Positions 62,406-64,000 of a stretch of DNA of 64,000 nucleotides are shown here, in pieces. The notes beneath the pieces were generated by a model. The model worked only from the letters and a program-made list of their open reading frames with translations. It was not told where the DNA came from and searched no databases. How positions within the stretch are numbered: position 1 is the first letter of the stretch; each line of letters opens with the position of its first letter. This DNA is from an uncultured Pseudomonadota bacterium (GTDB lineage Bacteria > Myxococcota_A > Polyangia > Fen-1088), in the NCBI GenBank assembly GCA_963847705.1, contig CAWKBC010000021.1, positions 1 through 64,000 of the forward strand, written 5' to 3'. The position numbers and the translations under genes are program-made.

Positions 62406-63101
62406 ATGAGCACGATTCATTTCATTGGTGGAGAGAAGGGCGGCGTCGGAAAATCCGTCGTCGCACGGCTGTGCGTTCAGTACTGCATCGATCGGGCGCT
62501 GCCGTTCGTGGCGGCCGACGCGGACGGTTCGCACGGGGCGCTGATTCGCTTCTATGCCGACTACGCGAAGCCGGTCGACCTGACCGATCCCACCGGCGCC
62601 GATCAGATCCTGGCCTTCGCCACCGAGGCCGATCGCCGTGTGGTCGTCGATCTGCCGGCGCAGAGCGACCGGCTCATCGGGGCCTGGATCGACGAGGCGG
62701 GCATCCTCGAGCTGGCGGCCGAGAGCAACGTGAAGGTCGTCTTCTGGCACGTGATCGACGATGGCAAGGATTCGCTGGTCACGCTGGGGCGTCTGCTGAC
62801 GCGCTACGGGCACCGGGCCAAGTACTGCGTCGTGAAAAACGGTGGACGGGCGAGCAGCTTCCCGCTCTACGACGAGTCGCCGGTGCGCGCGCAGGCCGAG
62901 CAGCTCGGCGCGGCGGTCTTCGAGCTCCCCGAGCTCAACGCGGCGGCCATGCAGAAGATCGATCGTTGGGACGCCAGCTTCTGGTCGGCGATTCACGCCA
63001 CGGTCTCGCCCGAGACTTTTTCGCGAATCGAAAAGCAGCGGGTGAAGGTCTGGTTGCAGAGCACGTACAATCAGATCGCCAAGCTCGGCGAGCTGTTTTA
63101 G
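62406..63101 (+). CDS. ParA/MinD-like P-loop NTPase (MobD-like)
   Basis: IHFIGGEKGGVGKS deviant Walker A, DAD, VVDLPA; ATG 7 nt after TACACT. Confidence 0.8.
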   Translation: MSTIHFIGGEKGGVGKSVVARLCVQYCIDRALPFVAADADGSHGALIRFYADYAKPVDLTDPTGADQILAFATEADRRVVVDLPAQSDRLIGAWIDEAGILELAAESNVKVVFWHVIDDGKDSLVTLGRLLTRYGHRAKYCVVKNGGRASSFPLYDESPVRAQAEQLGAAVFELPELNAAAMQKIDRWDASFWSAIHATVSPETFSRIEKQRVKVWLQSTYNQIAKLGELF

Positions 63102-63262
63102 CGTCTGCGCGCAACGGCGCTTGAGCGGCTGCCCGCTCAGCGGCCAAGCCTCTGCGCGCTTCAGCGGCCGAGCGTCTCGCGCCTCGGCGGCTGAGCGCCC
63201 GAGCCTGAGGTGCGCGCACAACGCACACGTCCGAGGTGCGGTCGCGGACCGTACCTGAGGAC

Positions 63263-64000
63263 ATGTCACGCCCGAAATTGAAGCACAGCAATGTCCTCTC
63301 TCTTTCTCTGGCCACGCTGCTCCCGCTCGCTGCGTCTTTGACGATGAGCTGCGCCGGAGGCGCGGGGTCGGGCGGCTCGCAGCTCGACGGCGGTTCCGAC
63401 GTCCCGGTTGACCCGCGAAATGGGGCTGCGACGGGCGGCTCGGCCGGGAGCTCGAGCAAGTCGAACACCACCGCCACGGGTGGCGCGACCGGGACCCCGA
63501 CCACGCCAATCTCATCGACCGGGGGCGCTTCCGGTGGATCGCCGGCAGCCGGGCAAGGGGGGAGCGCCGGCTCGGAGACTGCGACGCCGCCGCCGGCCGC
63601 GACACCGCCGGCCACGACACCGCCGGCCACGACACCGCCAGACACGACATCGCCGGCCACGCCGCCGCCAGACACGACACCGCCGACAATCACTTCGCCC
63701 CCGGCGACCAGCGGGACCGGCGGCACGACCACGCCGCCGACGACCACGCCGCCGACGAGCACGCCCCCGACGAGCACGCCCCCTCCAGTGACGGGCGGGA
63801 CCGGTGGCACGACCGCCGTGACCACGCCGCCGTCGGGAGGTCAGACCAAGTACGTCTTCGTCGTGGCGATGGAGAACGAGGCGGCGAAGTCGGTCTACGG
63901 CAGCAGCGACGCGCCTTACCTCAACGGTCTCATCGCGAAGTATGCGCACGCGACGGCGTTCAACGATCCGTTGCCCGACCCCATCCCCAGCGAGCCGCAC
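63263..64000 (+). CDS. 3'-truncated lipoprotein with Thr/Pro linker and phosphoesterase (acid phosphatase/PLC family) domain
   Basis: Not in ORF track (runs off the end); ATG 63263, lipobox TMS-C, TTPP repeats, KYVFVVAMEN…APYLN…PSEPH. Confidence 0.82.
   Translation, partial: MSRPKLKHSNVLSLSLATLLPLAASLTMSCAGGAGSGGSQLDGGSDVPVDPRNGAATGGSAGSSSKSNTTATGGATGTPTTPISSTGGASGGSPAAGQGGSAGSETATPPPAATPPATTPPATTPPDTTSPATPPPDTTPPTITSPPATSGTGGTTTPPTTTPPTSTPPTSTPPPVTGGTGGTTAVTTPPSGGQTKYVFVVAMENEAAKSVYGSSDAPYLNGLIAKYAHATAFNDPLPDPIPSEPH
63581..63785 (+). repeat. 15-bp coding tandem repeats (TTPPA/TTPPD/STPPT)
   Basis: Units such as acgacaccgccggcc and acgagcacgcccccg repeated in frame. Confidence 0.8.

Overview
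High-GC chromosomal window whose gene content points to Myxococcota (inference: T2SS operon with PilM-like GspL, Ser/Thr kinase with PEGA domain, several sigma-54 activators, TonB-domain-fused receptor, Tat DUF1501 protein). It contains: a DUF1501 locus; an orphan exbBD pair; a histidine kinase/NtrC-type regulator directly upstream of a complete gspC-N type II secretion operon with a sigma-54 promoter; a headless sigma-54 activator; a moaD-moaE fusion; a four-gene accessory block (membrane acyltransferase-like protein, glycine-specific A-PCP-TE NRPS with a Cys-nucleophile thioesterase, GT61 glycosyltransferase, SGNH lipoprotein); malQ, fbaA, hisC and rlpA; a TonB-dependent uptake operon; and many lipoproteins and DUF genes. 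No rRNA, tRNA, CRISPR or transposase was recognised. Six single-base frameshifts in five otherwise intact genes look like assembly errors. The best candidate for an undescribed system is the NRPS block, which looks like a Dlt/Alm-analogous glycine-transfer (glycan glycylation) pathway. Other notable patterns are 13 genes with a -10 hexamer 6-9 nt before the start codon (leaderless architecture), a 74-bp CTAG-bounded palindromic repeat family, and a palindromic repeat inside the GspK leader peptide. All family calls come from motif recognition by eye, with no database search.
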